Shown: positions 50,301-62,500 of the stretch, piece after piece
Position numbering within the stretch: position 1 is the first letter of the stretch
Layout of the letters: every line of letters begins with the position of its first letter
DNA from: Tubulanus polymorphus
Taxonomy: Eukaryota > Animalia > Nemertea
Assembly: GCF_964204645.1 (NCBI RefSeq)
Contig: NC_134028.1
Span: 26,284,345-26,348,344 of the forward strand
Direction of reading: 5' to 3'
DNA: 64,000 bases
Program-made: the position numbers and the translations under genes
The notes under the pieces: generated by a model
Databases searched by the model: none
Told to the model about the DNA's origin: nothing
Seen by the model: only the letters and a program-made list of their open reading frames with translations

Positions 50301-53300
50301 TCGTGTATTGAAATGACGCGTTTTTTTACTATGATCAAATCAATGCACAGACATCTGCCTTAAATCATCTTAAAGAATAGAGTTTGCTTATTAATATACT
50401 TACTTTTCAGGAACCCTCAGGTTTTAGTTTGAGAGAAATTTAATTTTAAAATTTAAATTTCTGAATATCGCGCCATGATGCAATCGTGTATTGAAATGAC
50501 GCGTTTTTTTACTATGATCGAATCAATGCACAGACATCTGCCTTAAATCAACTTAAAGAATAGAGTTTCCTGAATATTATACTCGATTTTCAGAAAGCCT
50601 CAGGTTTTAGTTTGAGAGAAATTTGATTTTGAAATTTAAATTTCTGAATATCGCGCCATGATGCAATCGTGTATTGAAATGACGCGTTTTTTTACTATAA
50701 TCAAATCAATGCACAGACTTCTGCCTTGAATCAACTTAAAGAATAGAGTTTGCTTATTAATATACTTAATTTTCAGGAACCCTCAGGTTTTAGTTTTAGA
50801 GAAATTTAATTTTGAAATTTAAATTTCTGAATATCGCGCCATGATGCAATCGTGTATTGAAATGACGCGTTTTTTTACTATGATCAAATCAATGCACAGA
50901 CATCTGCCTTGAATCAACTTAAAGAATAGAGTTTCCTGAATATTATACTCGATTTTCAGAAAGCCTCAGGTTTTAGTTTTAGAGAAATTTGATTTTGAAA
51001 TTTAAATTTCTGAATATCGCGCCATGATGCAATCGTGTATTGAAATGACGCGTTTTTTTACTATAATCAAATCAATGCACAGACTTCTGCCTTGAATCAA
51101 CTTAAAGAATAGAGTTTGCTTATTAATATACTCGATTTTCAGAAAGCCTCAGGTTTTAGTTTTAGAGAAATTTAATTTTGAAATTTAAATTTCTGAATAT
51201 CGCGCCATGATGCAATCGTGTATTGAAATGACGCGTTTTTTTACTATGATCAAATCAATGCACAGACATCTGCCTTGAATCAACTTAAAGAATAGAGTTT
51301 CCTGAATATTATACTGGATTTTCAGAAAGCCTCAGGTTTTAGTTTTAGAGAAACATGATTTTCAATTTTAACTTTTTAAATATCGCGCAATGATGCAATC
51401 GTGTATTGAAATGACGCGTTTTTTTACTATGATCAAATCAATGCACAGACATCTGCCTTAAATCATCTTAAAGAATAGAGTTTCCTGAATATTATACTGG
51501 ATTTTCAGAAAGCCTCGGGTTTTAGTTTAAGAGGAATTTGATTTTGAATTTTTACTTTTTAAATATCGTGCCATGATGTAATCGTGTATTGAAATGACGC
51601 GTTTTTTACTATGATCGAATCAATGCACAGACATCTGCCTTAAATCAACTTAAAGAATAGTTTCCTGAATATTATACTGGATTTTCAGAAAGCCTCAGGT
51701 TTTAGTTTAAGAGGAATTTGATTTTTAATTTTAACTTTTTAAATATCGCGCAATGATGCAATCGCGTATTGAAATGACGCGTTTTTTTTTACTATGATCA
51801 AATCAATGCACAGACATCTGCCTTGAATCAACTTAAAGAATAGAGTTTGCTTATTAATATACTTGATTTTCAGACAGCCTCAGGTTTTAGTTTTAGAGAA
51901 ATTTGATTTTGAAATTTAAATTTCTGAATATCGCGCCATGATGCAATCGTGTATTGAAATGACGCATTTTTTTACTATGATCAAATCAATGCACAGACAT
52001 CTGCCTTAAATCAACTTAAAGAATAGAGTTTTCTTATTAATATACTTGATTTTCAGACAGCCTCAGGTTTTAGTTTTAGAGAAATTTGATTTTGAAATTT
52101 AAATTTCTGAATATCGCGCCATGATGCAATCGTGTATTGAAATGACGCGTTTTTTTACTATGATCAAATCAATGCACAGACATCTGCCTTAAATCAACTT
52201 AAAGAATAGAGTTTCCTGAATATTATACTGGATTTTCAGAAAGCCTCATGTTTTAGTTTAAGAGGAATTTGATTTTGAATTTTAACTTTTTAAATATCGC
52301 GCAATGATGCAATCGTGTATTGAAATGACGCGTTTTTTTACTATGATCAAATCAATGCACAGACATCTGCCTTAAATCAACTTAAAGGATAGAGTTTCCT
52401 GAATATTATACTGGATTTTCAGAAAGCCTCAGGTTTTAGTTTAAGAGGAATTTGATTTTGAATTTTAACTTTTTAAATATCGCGCAATGATGCAATCGTG
52501 TATTGAAATGACGCGTTTTTTTTACTATGATCAAATCAATGCACAGACATCTGCCTTAAATAAACTTAAAGAATAGTTTCCTGAATATTATACTGGATTT
52601 TCAGAAAGCCTCAGGTTTTAGTTTTAGAGAAATTTGATTTTGAATTTTAATTTTTAAATACTGCGCCTTGATGCAGTCGTGTATTGAAATATTGCATTTT
52701 TTACTATGATCAAATCATTGCACAGACATCTGCCTTAAAGAATAGAGTTTCCTTTATAATATTCTCGATTTTCAGAAAGTCTCAGGTTTTAGATTAATGG
52801 AATTTTATTTTTTGAAATTTAAATTTCTGAATATCGCGCAATGATGCAATCGTGTATTGAAATGACGCGTTTTTTTTACTATGAAAAAATCAATGCACAG
52901 ACATCTGCCTTGAATCAACTTAAAGACTAGAGTTAATATACTTAATTATCCTCAGGTTTGAGTTTAAGAGAAATTTGATTTTTAATTTTAATTTTTGAAT
53001 ATCGTGCCACGATGCTATCGTCTATTGAAATGACGCATTTTTTACTATAATCAAACCAATGCACAGACACCTGCTTTACATCAACTTTACATCAGAGTGT
53101 GCTTATTAATATACTTAATTTTAAGGAAGTCTCAGGTTTCAGAGTTTCAGAGAAATCTCATTATGAATTTTAACTTTTTAAATATCACCCAATGATGCAA
53201 TCGTGTATTGAAATGACGCGTTTTTTACTATGATCAAATCAATGCACAGACATCTGCCTTAAATCAACTTAAAGAATAGAGTTTCCTTAATAATATACTT

Positions 53301-55158
53301 AATTTTCAGGAACCCTGAGGTTTTAGTTTTAGAGAAATTTGATTTTGAATTTTAATGTTAACATGTTGAGCCATGATGCAATCGTGCGTTGAAATATTGC
53401 GTATTTTTTACTATGAACAAATGAAGACATCTGCTTTAAATCAACTCGAAGAATAGAGAAATTAATTTTCAGGTAGCATTGTTTTACTTTTATAGACATA
53501 GTTGAATTTTAACAGGCATAATTGATGTAAAATACATTTCGATGAAAATCTATGAAATTTACGAAAATCACTACACATTTTAATTATATAAAACAATTAT
53601 TGATCACTCTTCTGCCCCGGTGACTTTATTGAATGATCGTCGTTTCGTCCGGTCAAAGTGTTAAGTTATACATTTCATGTCAACCAGTATCTACAGGCAG
53701 CTATACAGTGTGTACACACTATATCTGAATACGAGGCTGGAATAACAGGCTCACTTCACGATAGTAGATTACTGATGATGTCAAATTCATTCTTCAATTT
53801 CATTTCAGCATTTGCGGCAAAAGGTTCTGCCAATCTCGGTGATGCTCCATCTACTATTCCTACTGTAAGTTACTATTCACTACTCCAATATCGGAGCGTC
53901 TGCGCTTTAGGTCTCCCTCTAATCTGACCATGGCATAACACTATTCTTTGATAACACTAGACTAGTGCCACACAGTGGAAAGATGACCTCAACTGCAGTT
54001 AGTCCGAAAATTTTTATCGGAGATTTACTTCTAAAACTGACTTTAAACCGCACGACCTCCTCTCATGCAAAGTTGAAATATACGTAAGTCTTAAACTCTT
54101 ATCGCAATATTTCAGGTCGGCACAAATTTGGTGACGTTATCGACAGGCAGAAAACAGGATGTGACAGTTCGTGAACTGGGCGGATGTATGGCTCCGATCT
54201 GGCACAAATACTTCGAGAATACGAATAGACTTATCGTAAGTTGTCGAGTGGTGACACGTAGCCTTAATGGAATAGAATGAAGCTCTATATTCAGCGGTAT
54301 AACTTGATAATAGGCCTAACTGATTTTTATTCTAACACATCATCAACTATTATTAATTACCTACCAGACTATATTTCCACTTAGGTGACAGTCGCCTTAG
54401 TGGAAATATATAAAGTGACTGCAGCTGAGTACCATAATTATATTTCAACTATTAATTACCTACCAGACCCGACCTGAAGTTGTGGAAAAGGTTTGGAACT
54501 GAATATCACCGCGGTTTAATTTCAGTTTGTAATTGACGTTTCTAATCGAATGCAAGTGTCCACTTCATGTATTATGTTACTGACAATTTTGAAAAATGGA
54601 AATCTGCAGAATACAGTGTTTTTACTTGTACTCAATAAAGTGTAAGTATCTGATTTCATCCGCTGAGTCTACAGTTGATCCTCTTTCCTGCGTTTACCCA
54701 GCGGTGCGGCGTATTCACTTGTCACAACCAGTCTAGAAAATCTGTTATTCATTGCTTGGACACGTCGGGGCACTGATCAAAACACAAGATTGCTGATGGT
54801 GCCTTGTGGGCTTTAGAGTGCGTTCACATTCGTTTGTACCATTATTTCCATGAGTTAGTGTAGTACAGTTACAGTTCTACTGATTTGAGATTATGAATGA
54901 TAAAGTATTGTCGTTGTTGAATAGTGAAAGCCACAATGGCTGTAAACGCAAACAGCCACAACACCCGATTGTGATGTTGATTTGATATTGCTATTTTTCA
55001 GTGATTCTCCGGGCTGTATGAACAGAATTGAATTGAACACATTAATGAAACTCGACGAGATGATGAAATATGCAAAACAACACATCACAGTATTAGAAGT
55101 GAGCGCCAAAGAAGCATCTGGACTCGGAGAGGTTTTAAAATGGTTACAGGATACTTGA
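26326..55158 (+). CDS. ARL16: ADP-ribosylation factor-like GTPase 16, 5 coding exons, intron 1 expanded to 27.4 kb
   Basis: Exons 26326-26386 (MCLLVGASGVGKTLLSKRLQ), 53809-53864 (AFAAKGSANLGDAPSTIPT), 54116-54235 (VGTNL...VRELGGCMAPIW), 54526-54641 (FVIDVS...LVLNKV), 55002-55158 (...LEVSAKEASGLGEVLKWLQDT*). All introns are GT-AG with consistent phases, and the RELGGCM motif is typical of ARL16. Confidence 0.93.
26507..26608 (+). repeat. Left terminal inverted repeat (102 bp)
   Basis: Exact reverse complement of 53659-53760. The ORF track shows the same peptide LSYTFHVNQYLQAAIQCVHTISEYEAGITGSLH on opposite strands at both ends. Confidence 0.95.
26650..27740 (+). repeat. Left subterminal tandem array, ~183-bp unit, ~6 copies
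   Basis: The motif tctgtgcattgatttg recurs at ~26931, 27113, 27296 and 27480, with more diverged copies at ~26759 and 27664. It is the reverse complement of the right-arm unit. Confidence 0.9.
29318..31264 (-). CDS. SGNH/GDSL-type hydrolase (esterase/lipase), 3 coding exons, transposon passenger gene
   Basis: Exons 31264 (or 31243)-31022, 30937-30764 and 29665-29318 splice in phase 0 with GT-AG borders. The product has block I LLSDSMGR, block II WPGIG, block III VWVGTND, ILLLPIFPR and block V DGLH. Confidence 0.8.
32500..33110 (-). mobile_element. 5'-truncated Penelope-like retroelement fragment (GIY-YIG endonuclease end plus 3' region), nested in the large transposon; boundaries approximate
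   Basis: ORF 32785-33090 YIGETGRNLSQRIKEH...SGIANHV...NHQFDF...RHIVES matches the PLE GIY-YIG pattern, and the hammerhead motif lies downstream on the same strand. Confidence 0.8.
32528..32569 (-). ncRNA. Minimal type I hammerhead ribozyme motif (Penelope-associated)
   Basis: Minus strand reads CCAC-CUGAUGA-U-GGCUGUU-AGUU-AACAGCC-GAAACGUU-GUGG: core boxes CUGAUGA and GAAA, a 7-bp stem II, a 4-bp stem I (CCAC/GUGG) and a palindromic ACGU stem III. Confidence 0.75.
36331..44745 (+). CDS. Multidomain transposon protein: PHD finger + USP (C19) deubiquitinase + Mutator/NOF-like DDE transposase + Ulp1 (C48) protease; predicted 2 exons, ~1851 aa
   Basis: Exon 36331-36609 (donor GTAAGT) joins in phase 0 to the acceptor atttgtag before 39469, in frame with the 1747-aa ORF. 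PHD YCYC..MVECDYC..WFH..C..CSSC (~40432-40579); USP Cys box GIVNIKNTCW and His box VIVHRG..SGHYV..FDDS (~40610-41545); DDE-like YYDATGS, ISADRS, GCCH, TQGLIEEFW (~42560-43570); Ulp1 WLTDEVI, HHWV, YLDP, Q..SNCGVYIC (~44197-44640). The first exon is less certain than the long ORF. Confidence 0.82.
44760..48470. repeat. Tandem array of a 99-101-bp unit, ~37 copies, immediately downstream of the transposase stop codon
   Basis: The motif gggtcgagtcatcggtccacgcgatgccag recurs at 44827, 44928, 45029 and onward. Copies are near-identical, with two interspersed variants. Confidence 0.96.
48780..53470 (-). repeat. Right subterminal tandem array, ~183-bp unit, ~25 copies, inverted relative to the left array
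   Basis: gcacagacatctgcc recurs at 49066, 49249, 49431, 49613, 49796 and onward; the edge copies are more diverged. Confidence 0.95.
53659..53760 (-). repeat. Right terminal inverted repeat (102 bp)
   Basis: Exact reverse complement of 26507-26608. Confidence 0.95.
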
Positions 55159-57072
55159 TTGTTTCATCGTAAAAACTCAGAACTCGAGTGACAATTGAGT
55201 TTTTATCTTGTGCGATATGAACAATGGACTAGCACTCCTCTTAACTCTAATGCTTTCAATTAGAGTTATCCTATGCTCGAGGACAAATCTTAGAACCATT
55301 GCAACAACAGACTGAGAAGCATTCTACTGTAATATTAACTCTCGAATCAAACTTGACAAACAACACTGTGCAGCTGGGTCCAGATGTTTGTGACAAATGG
55401 TTTTGTAGCTTGATTGAGCTGGTTTTGTAAACACGTGTTTAGAATTAGAAGCCTATATCTCACATTTCATTCCTCTCTAGTCTTGAAGAATAAACGCATT
55501 TGTGTAAAACTATTGAAATGGAGAGATTCGCTTGTACTTTGTCTAATAATCTACGCGTATATTCACTGTATTGAAAGTTATTTTTTAGAAATGTGTCGTA
55601 TATATTTTTCAACATTTGTAGTTTATTCAGTTCTTCATATATAAGATTAAAAGAAAGATTTTTAGCAATAATAATGTATTAGTTAACGGTAGTTGTTCAT
55701 TTTTGGACCACCTCCTAATCATTATCAGGACCCACTGGGAATCAGTGCAGTATTTCCTGGGTTTGAACCTTTTAAATGGATGAATATATGTCCTGAGATG
55801 GTATGAATCCTGCTCGCTATTTCTGGGTACAAACCTCTAATCGGAATCAGTATCAATTATTACTGCGTTCGAACTATGGAAACCCTAGTACATCCTCTTA
55901 CTGGACAATAAATATATTAACCCTATATTCCAATAGGTGGCGCTCGTAAAAGATAATCATTTTTTTAAATCCAACAATCAAGCCAGCTTAGACAATTTAA
56001 GATTATCGAAATAGACTTAGATGTATATAGTTCCCTCTAATAATTCATATATTGTAAATAGTTTATCCATTCATTGTTAACAACTTTGTCATGGTTTATT
56101 TAGAAAACTTGGAGTAAATTCTGTTCCAAACCCTTGCAGGACTTGGACCCTGTAATTAGGCTTTTTCAATCTCAATACAGCATCCTGACTAAAAATCAGC
56201 AACAGATAATGGGCTCGAACCCATACACACCTATTCAGCATTCAGAGATTCTTCAATGTAACCCGGGTCCAGAAAACCATGAAAACCAACTGACTTAATT
56301 ATTTTTTTATATATGCTGCAATTATTTCATTTATTTTATTTTAACAAAGGGACACAAAATATACAAAGATACCAAATACATTGGTTTTTATCCCTGCACA
56401 CAGGGATTGTGTTGAATTGGACACGTCGTCACCTTCGCACACAGGGACAGTGTTGAATCCGACACATTGTCACCTCCGCACACAGGGACCGTGTTGAATA
56501 TGACACATCACCTTATGAAAGTGTGAAAACATTGATTCCTACTGTACAATGTCTCCCGTTAATAGTGATCCATACTGCGCAAAGTCAGTCGTTTAAAATA
56601 AAACCCAGAGAGAACCACGTATCACAACTTAAAAGAAAAATTTTGCTCTAAATTCTTTAAGAATTTCGTATTAAAATATCATTGAATGTATCGCCATTTT
56701 CTGGTTGGTTAAAAGATTTTTGGAGACAACTGGTTGGTGTAGTCTACCTACTAACAGCGGACAGAGGAAACAAGTGATCTTTCATCATCATTTCATATGA
56801 GACAGTGATTTGTATCAGAAATGTATTCAATCTGACACACACAGCTTACAAACAGATACTATAGTGCAAATTCAATAGAACTTGCGCTAACAAATTGACA
56901 GAGGAAAGATCCAGGACTTGTTCACTTTCCGGTCAATATTTCAATATATTGAATTGTGGTTCAATGCAACGCATATGACTTTGTGAGTTTAAGATGAAAT
57001 TGAATCCAAAATATCAATAAACATGGACGTATAATCTTGAGTCGATTGTCCACGTTTGTACATTCAGCCTGG

Positions 57073-57339
57073 GTAGTTCCTGAACCAGCCGAACGGTAGT
57101 TCCTGAACCAGCCGAGCGGTAGTTCCTGAACCAGCCGAGCGGTAGTTCCTGAACCAGCCGAGCGGTAGTTCCTGAACCCGCCGAGCGGTAGTTCCTGAAC
57201 CAGCCGAGCGGTAGCTCCTGAACCAGCCGAGCGGTAGTTCCTGAACCAGCCGAGCGGTAGTTCCTGAACCAGCCGAGCGGTAGCTCCTGAACCAGCCGAG
57301 CGGTAGTTCCTGAACCAGCCGAGCGGTAGTTCCTGAACC
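57073..57339. repeat. Minisatellite, 21-bp unit (ggtagttcctgaaccagccgagc-like), ~12 copies
   Basis: Directly visible tandem repeat between the ARL16 and CNOT6 3' ends. Confidence 0.9.
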
Positions 57340-59529
57340 TAGATGACTAATAACTAGTTACAAATCTATACGCAGTCATCGTTCTTATAAATATACAAAC
57401 TTTAAACCATCTTCCAAACACTACATAAAGTGCGTTCGAAACCAAATACGCACCGGTTATCAACAATCAATCAACTATACTTTCGTTAAACCTTCCATAA
57501 CTCGCAGGGGGGCTGTTTAAATATGAATTCCAGTCTGAATGATGTCTAAAATTTTAGTAATTTCATCCACATTGGCCGCCCGTTAAAAACTAGGGGTCGT
57601 GTTTATAGACTCAGTATAAACTTTAATCCAAGAGCCAACTCAATTGAGTTAGCCCCCTAGTAGTCGATACTGGTCTCTCAAATTGTTTCTAGGTCTTCAG
57701 CTTTTACAGTGACATGACAGTTATATTCTTTAAGACATGAATGTATTTATAACAGAGGGGGCCAGGTTCACAGAGATCAATCATACCGGGTTTCGTACAT
57801 TACTATTAGACTAGGGGTATAGTTGGTTGTTTCGATACCGCGTAAACTGTCCTTTTATTGGAATGATAAAATATTTCAGTAAGAAACTAAAGTCTCTCTC
57901 TCTCTCACTCTCTACAACTGAGGTTATCAAACGTAATCAGTATGAGGTATCTTCTATCAAACAACACTCATGATTTATATATGTTAAAGATTTAGCTGAA
58001 TTTGGGCATAATTTTCTTCAACGCTCAATGAAAGCTTCGCAGTACCCTCGTCAGAGTATCTCGTCCGAGTACCTCATCTGAGTACCTCGTTGCTCGACTA
58101 AAAGGAGAATTTATTCGCAAACGAAAAATCGTAAGAATCAATCGTAATATTAATAATTGTAATAATAACGATACAAATAATTTAATAGTTTTTTTTAGTG
58201 CTAAGATTCTGATAAAAATCCGAACGACACTTAAAACACGCAAAAAAGATACATGTGACCGATAAAAAAAAAAAATTCCAGTTGCGTTTAAAAAAAAAAA
58301 TGGCACCTGACTCAAGCTTACATTTTTTTTACAACTATAAATTAAGACAAAAAACGTCGTCATCTTTTTAAAATTGTTATCTTTACATCATCAAGAGATC
58401 TACCTATAAAACACGATCTTTTTTCTACAAATTCATTTTCTTTTTACACTAGAAAAAATTAAGACGATTCTTGTTTTTTTCCGCCCGTGATACAATAAAT
58501 ACAGGCATGCGCTCACAAATCGGAAATAATTAAAACTTATACATGCAAACGAGAGAAAAATTTGCCGTCCAAAAAAAAAACCTAATCTTCTTAATTATGA
58601 ATCGTATGAAACTGTACACACTATAGCTACATATACTCTATGGTCGGGATACCAGTCTACCGCCAACTTAACAACTTCAGCCTGTCGTACTTCGGAATGG
58701 GATAAAAATTCAAACTACACGTTACTCTAAAATCTATTTGTTACAGTAATCAGAAAGTCTCGTGACCAGTTCACGGCATTTTCATGGTAATAATCAATTT
58801 GATTGATTTTTTGACCGAATTAGCACATTGAAACAATGACCTAGACGCTGGCGACTCGAGATAAATGACCTTGAACCTTGGTGACGCAGAATTCATTGAC
58901 CTTGCACCTTAGTGACACAGAATACGACGACCTTTAACCTCTGGTGCACGCCGCTTAAACCTCTAGCTCAAACAAAAACCCAGTCCATATTTCTTTTCTC
59001 CCAGATATAACTGAGTGAAAACAATACCTCGCGATATTCATTACAAACACCATTGAAACAGAATTCATTATGCAAATTAGGAATTATCAGTGGTTCGTCC
59101 GAATGTAAGATTACAGAAATTCTTTCAAATATTTCAGGCCGAAATGATCCGGCCAGCAGTGCCTCACCCGGAGAGAATCAGTATCACATAAATAGATGAA
59201 GCAAAACAATAAAAACCTAAAGATGGCAGCCATATCGTTTAAAATATAACAGCACCGGTGTGTATTGCTACTATTAGTTCTGTATTGTACCACTCGATGG
59301 TGCTTCTCGCAGAGTCCGAGGATGTGACAGTGATAGATACATAGGGGGGGAGGTGCGAGACATCACCTGATATGTAAACCACGTCGATCAGTCGTGAAAC
59401 CCTTCATCTCGCTTACTCGCTCTCCGCTTACGAATGTCCCTCGAGAAAAATGCATTTTTGTACTTTGGTCAAAATAACGACGGCCGCCGATGGATCTTCT
59501 TCGTACGCGGCACGCGCCGGCGCCATCTA

Positions 59530-62500
59530 TTATCTACGCGCAAAACTATGAACCGACGTGCGTTGCTGCTGATTCGGTTGCGGATACGGAACGGGCATTT
59601 CGAATTCGACCATCAACGCGAAGTGATCCGACGGTATGTGTGGATGGGGACAGCCGACGACTTTGTTCTCGCTGAACCACTCGGGTTCGATCGGTCCTAG
59701 AACGCCGAGCGGACTCATGAACTCACGTGAATACACGATGTAGTCAATAATACCCTTGAAATCGTACCTGAAAAAATAAAACGAAACATCAATCAAACAT
59801 GGCGCCTCTTCGGAGTGAATCGATTTATTCATATTTCACGTATTGATAAAGAAAGACGCGGTCAATAGAAACATCCAAATTCCTTGAGTTTTTCAGGTTT
59901 TTGGAAAAATTGATCAAATTCCCAGATTTTTTTCTATATTGCTGAGTTTTCCAGGTCGGTGGGTTCCCTGTTAATTATAGCCTATTGTTATTGAGTTACC
60001 ATTGAGATAAACCTGTTCAAACAACGACACTATAATATTTCATTTCACGAGTCTCTGAACAAATTCAGGTGGCATCATTATTAAATATTACAGCAGGGTG
60101 ATTGATAGTGCACCCGATTGACATCAGAGAATACCTGTAACCCTGTATCCCATCCCTGAATCCCATCCCTGTATCCCCCCTTGTGCCTCCCTGTATCACA
60201 CCCCTGTATCCCCCCCTGTGCCTCCCTGTATCACACCCCTGTATCCCACCCCTGTACCTCCCTGTATCCCCCCACCCCTGTATCCCATCCCTGAATCCCA
60301 TCCCTGTATCCCACCCCTGTACCTCCCTGTATCCCCCCACCCCTGTATCCCATCCCTGTATCCCCCCTGTATCCCACCCCTGTACCTCCCTGTATCCCCC
60401 CACCCCTGTATCCCATCCCTGAATCCCATCCCTGTATCCCACCCCTGTACCTCCCTGTATCCCCCCACCCCTGTATCCCATCCCTGAATCCCATCCCTGT
60501 ATCCCCCCCTGTGCCTCCCTGTATCACAACCCTGTATCCCATCCCTACTGAAAAAAGATTAGAAATTTTATCAAAATTCAATTAATTCATTACTGGATAT
60601 AACAGACTGTCCGTTGTATAATGAACACATTTACCACCATCAAACTCCACCCACATCGCACCACATCGCACCACATCCCCCCACCCCCCGCTGAAGTTAA
60701 ACTTAAATTCTAATCATTTCACACCGGATATAACTAACTACTATTGATAGTAATGACCAGATTTTCTGATGCCCTGAAGTTTGTCGTAACAAAATTCCCC
60801 GATATGCTGGAGTTCATCGTTACACATCGTTGTATGACATCGTGGAACTGAAGTAATGTTTTCAATCTCTCAAAAAATACTGAATTTATTTCGGTGTAAT
60901 CTTCTATTTCTGTTACGGGCAGTAGATATCTCATTGATTTTCGGAGGGGTGGCTGCACCTCTAAAACTTGTTAAGGAGGACTGACTGTTAAGGATACTTG
61001 TACGTTACGTATGATAGAACGATCTTAAATCAATACTCATCACCCCTAAATGTCACATCTTCTAAATTCATTACGGCGTGTTTACCGGTAGAGCGGGGGC
61101 TGTTTTCATCTGAGAAACTCCACATAATGCCGATACTAAAAATATTCCACTTTAAAGGCTTAGTTATAGTCGGAGCACGCCTGAAGTGCGCTCACACCTC
61201 TCAGGTATATTTACGTGCCGTGTGTTTCGTTTCGCCTGTGGTGGTCGTGGTTACGACTTAGAAAGGCTTATGACAAAAACAAAATAGACGGTCGCAGCGT
61301 GTTGATTCAACTGACATTTTCTCCATATCGCTTTCCGCTGCACCGCTGGCTATAATTATAATCAAAATCCAGGTAAAAATGAAACTGATTCAATTAACAG
61401 TTTTGTATAAGTCACAGCGCATTTCATATTAGCTCACAGACCAGTCCAGTCTAATGGAATTCATCTTGATTTAAATCCTCCTGTGGACAAAACATGCAAA
61501 AGTCGATTCTTGGTAAAATTATATGGACTACTTTCTGACCTTGCCCCCTTGGGTGCATACGAACTGTGTAATAAGACCCCTCATTTCGAAATCCACTCGA
61601 AATCTTCTCTTTACGCCAAATATCAAAAGTCATCGCAAAATCTTTTTTTTAAATGTATCAAAGAGGTATTTTTCCGCAAATCTTATTTTCTCTGACGAAA
61701 CTAAAAACCGACATTTTCCATCCTCATTTTCTAAATGTCTCCGATCGCTAAATACCAGGAATAAGTTCACGTAAAAACTCCTTGCGTCCTTGGCTATATA
61801 TATATATATATATACATCAATTACCTGGTATAACAAAAAACTTCTTATTCAACACGAGGAACTCTTTTTCCTGCTGCGGAGACAGAAAGCTCAGAAATAC
61901 CGGACAGGAGGGAGCTCTCTACTCGCGGATAAACTATTAACCCTTTCAGTGCTGACTAATTGATAACCCTAAAGTGCTGGAGATAATTTGAAAATTTGAA
62001 AAAGATTCTACCCCAGTGTGTTGAATAACGGGTATACCGCTATAGTGCTTCTACACCACGGTGCAGTGTATCATTAATTACTAATATTTCACTACGCTTG
62101 ACAGGTGCTGCCATCTTCCAATAGAGATAATTACTTATTATAAGACATCGATACACCAGGATACAAGGTGGTGTACTATCAAAGTTGTTCGCCAATTCAT
62201 AGTGCGGCGTAGACACACTAAAAGGGTTAAATGATTCTCGCTTAAACATGCCGCTGACACATGACATTTCACTAATTACATTGATACATCATGATGCGGT
62301 GTATTAGTAAAGTGCTCCACCGATTTATACACCGTACTGCGGTGTAGATACACTGTTAAGGGTTAAATGAGTCTTGTAACAAATTGAGCATCGTAATCAC
62401 ACACAAACACGCTGCTGACATATGACATTTAACCGGGCAACCAGCTGTATACAATAATACAATTCATGTCGACTCTTCCCCGGAAAACACACTCACTGGT

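Larger units (their letters stand above)
26503..53764. mobile_element. ~27.3-kb Foldback/Mutator(MULE)-like DNA transposon inserted in ARL16 intron 1
   Basis: Perfect 102-bp inverted repeats (26507-26608 and 53659-53760); flanking direct repeat TAGATTACTGA at 26492-26502 and 53765-53775; inverted subterminal ~183-bp arrays; internal DDE-transposase-like ORF. Confidence 0.9.

Noticed and set aside
44760-53470. CRISPR-like array
   Set aside because: The units are contiguous near-identical tandem repeats with no unique spacers, there are no cas genes, and the context is eukaryotic.
26503-53764. Polinton/Maverick, Helitron or endogenous virus as the identity of the large insertion
   Set aside because: No pPolB, retroviral-type integrase, capsid, packaging ATPase or Rep/helicase ORFs are visible. 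The 9-11-bp TSD and long TIRs do not fit these classes.
60065-60581. Gly-rich and Pro-rich ORFs
   Set aside because: Translations of a C-rich minisatellite in a CNOT6 intron.
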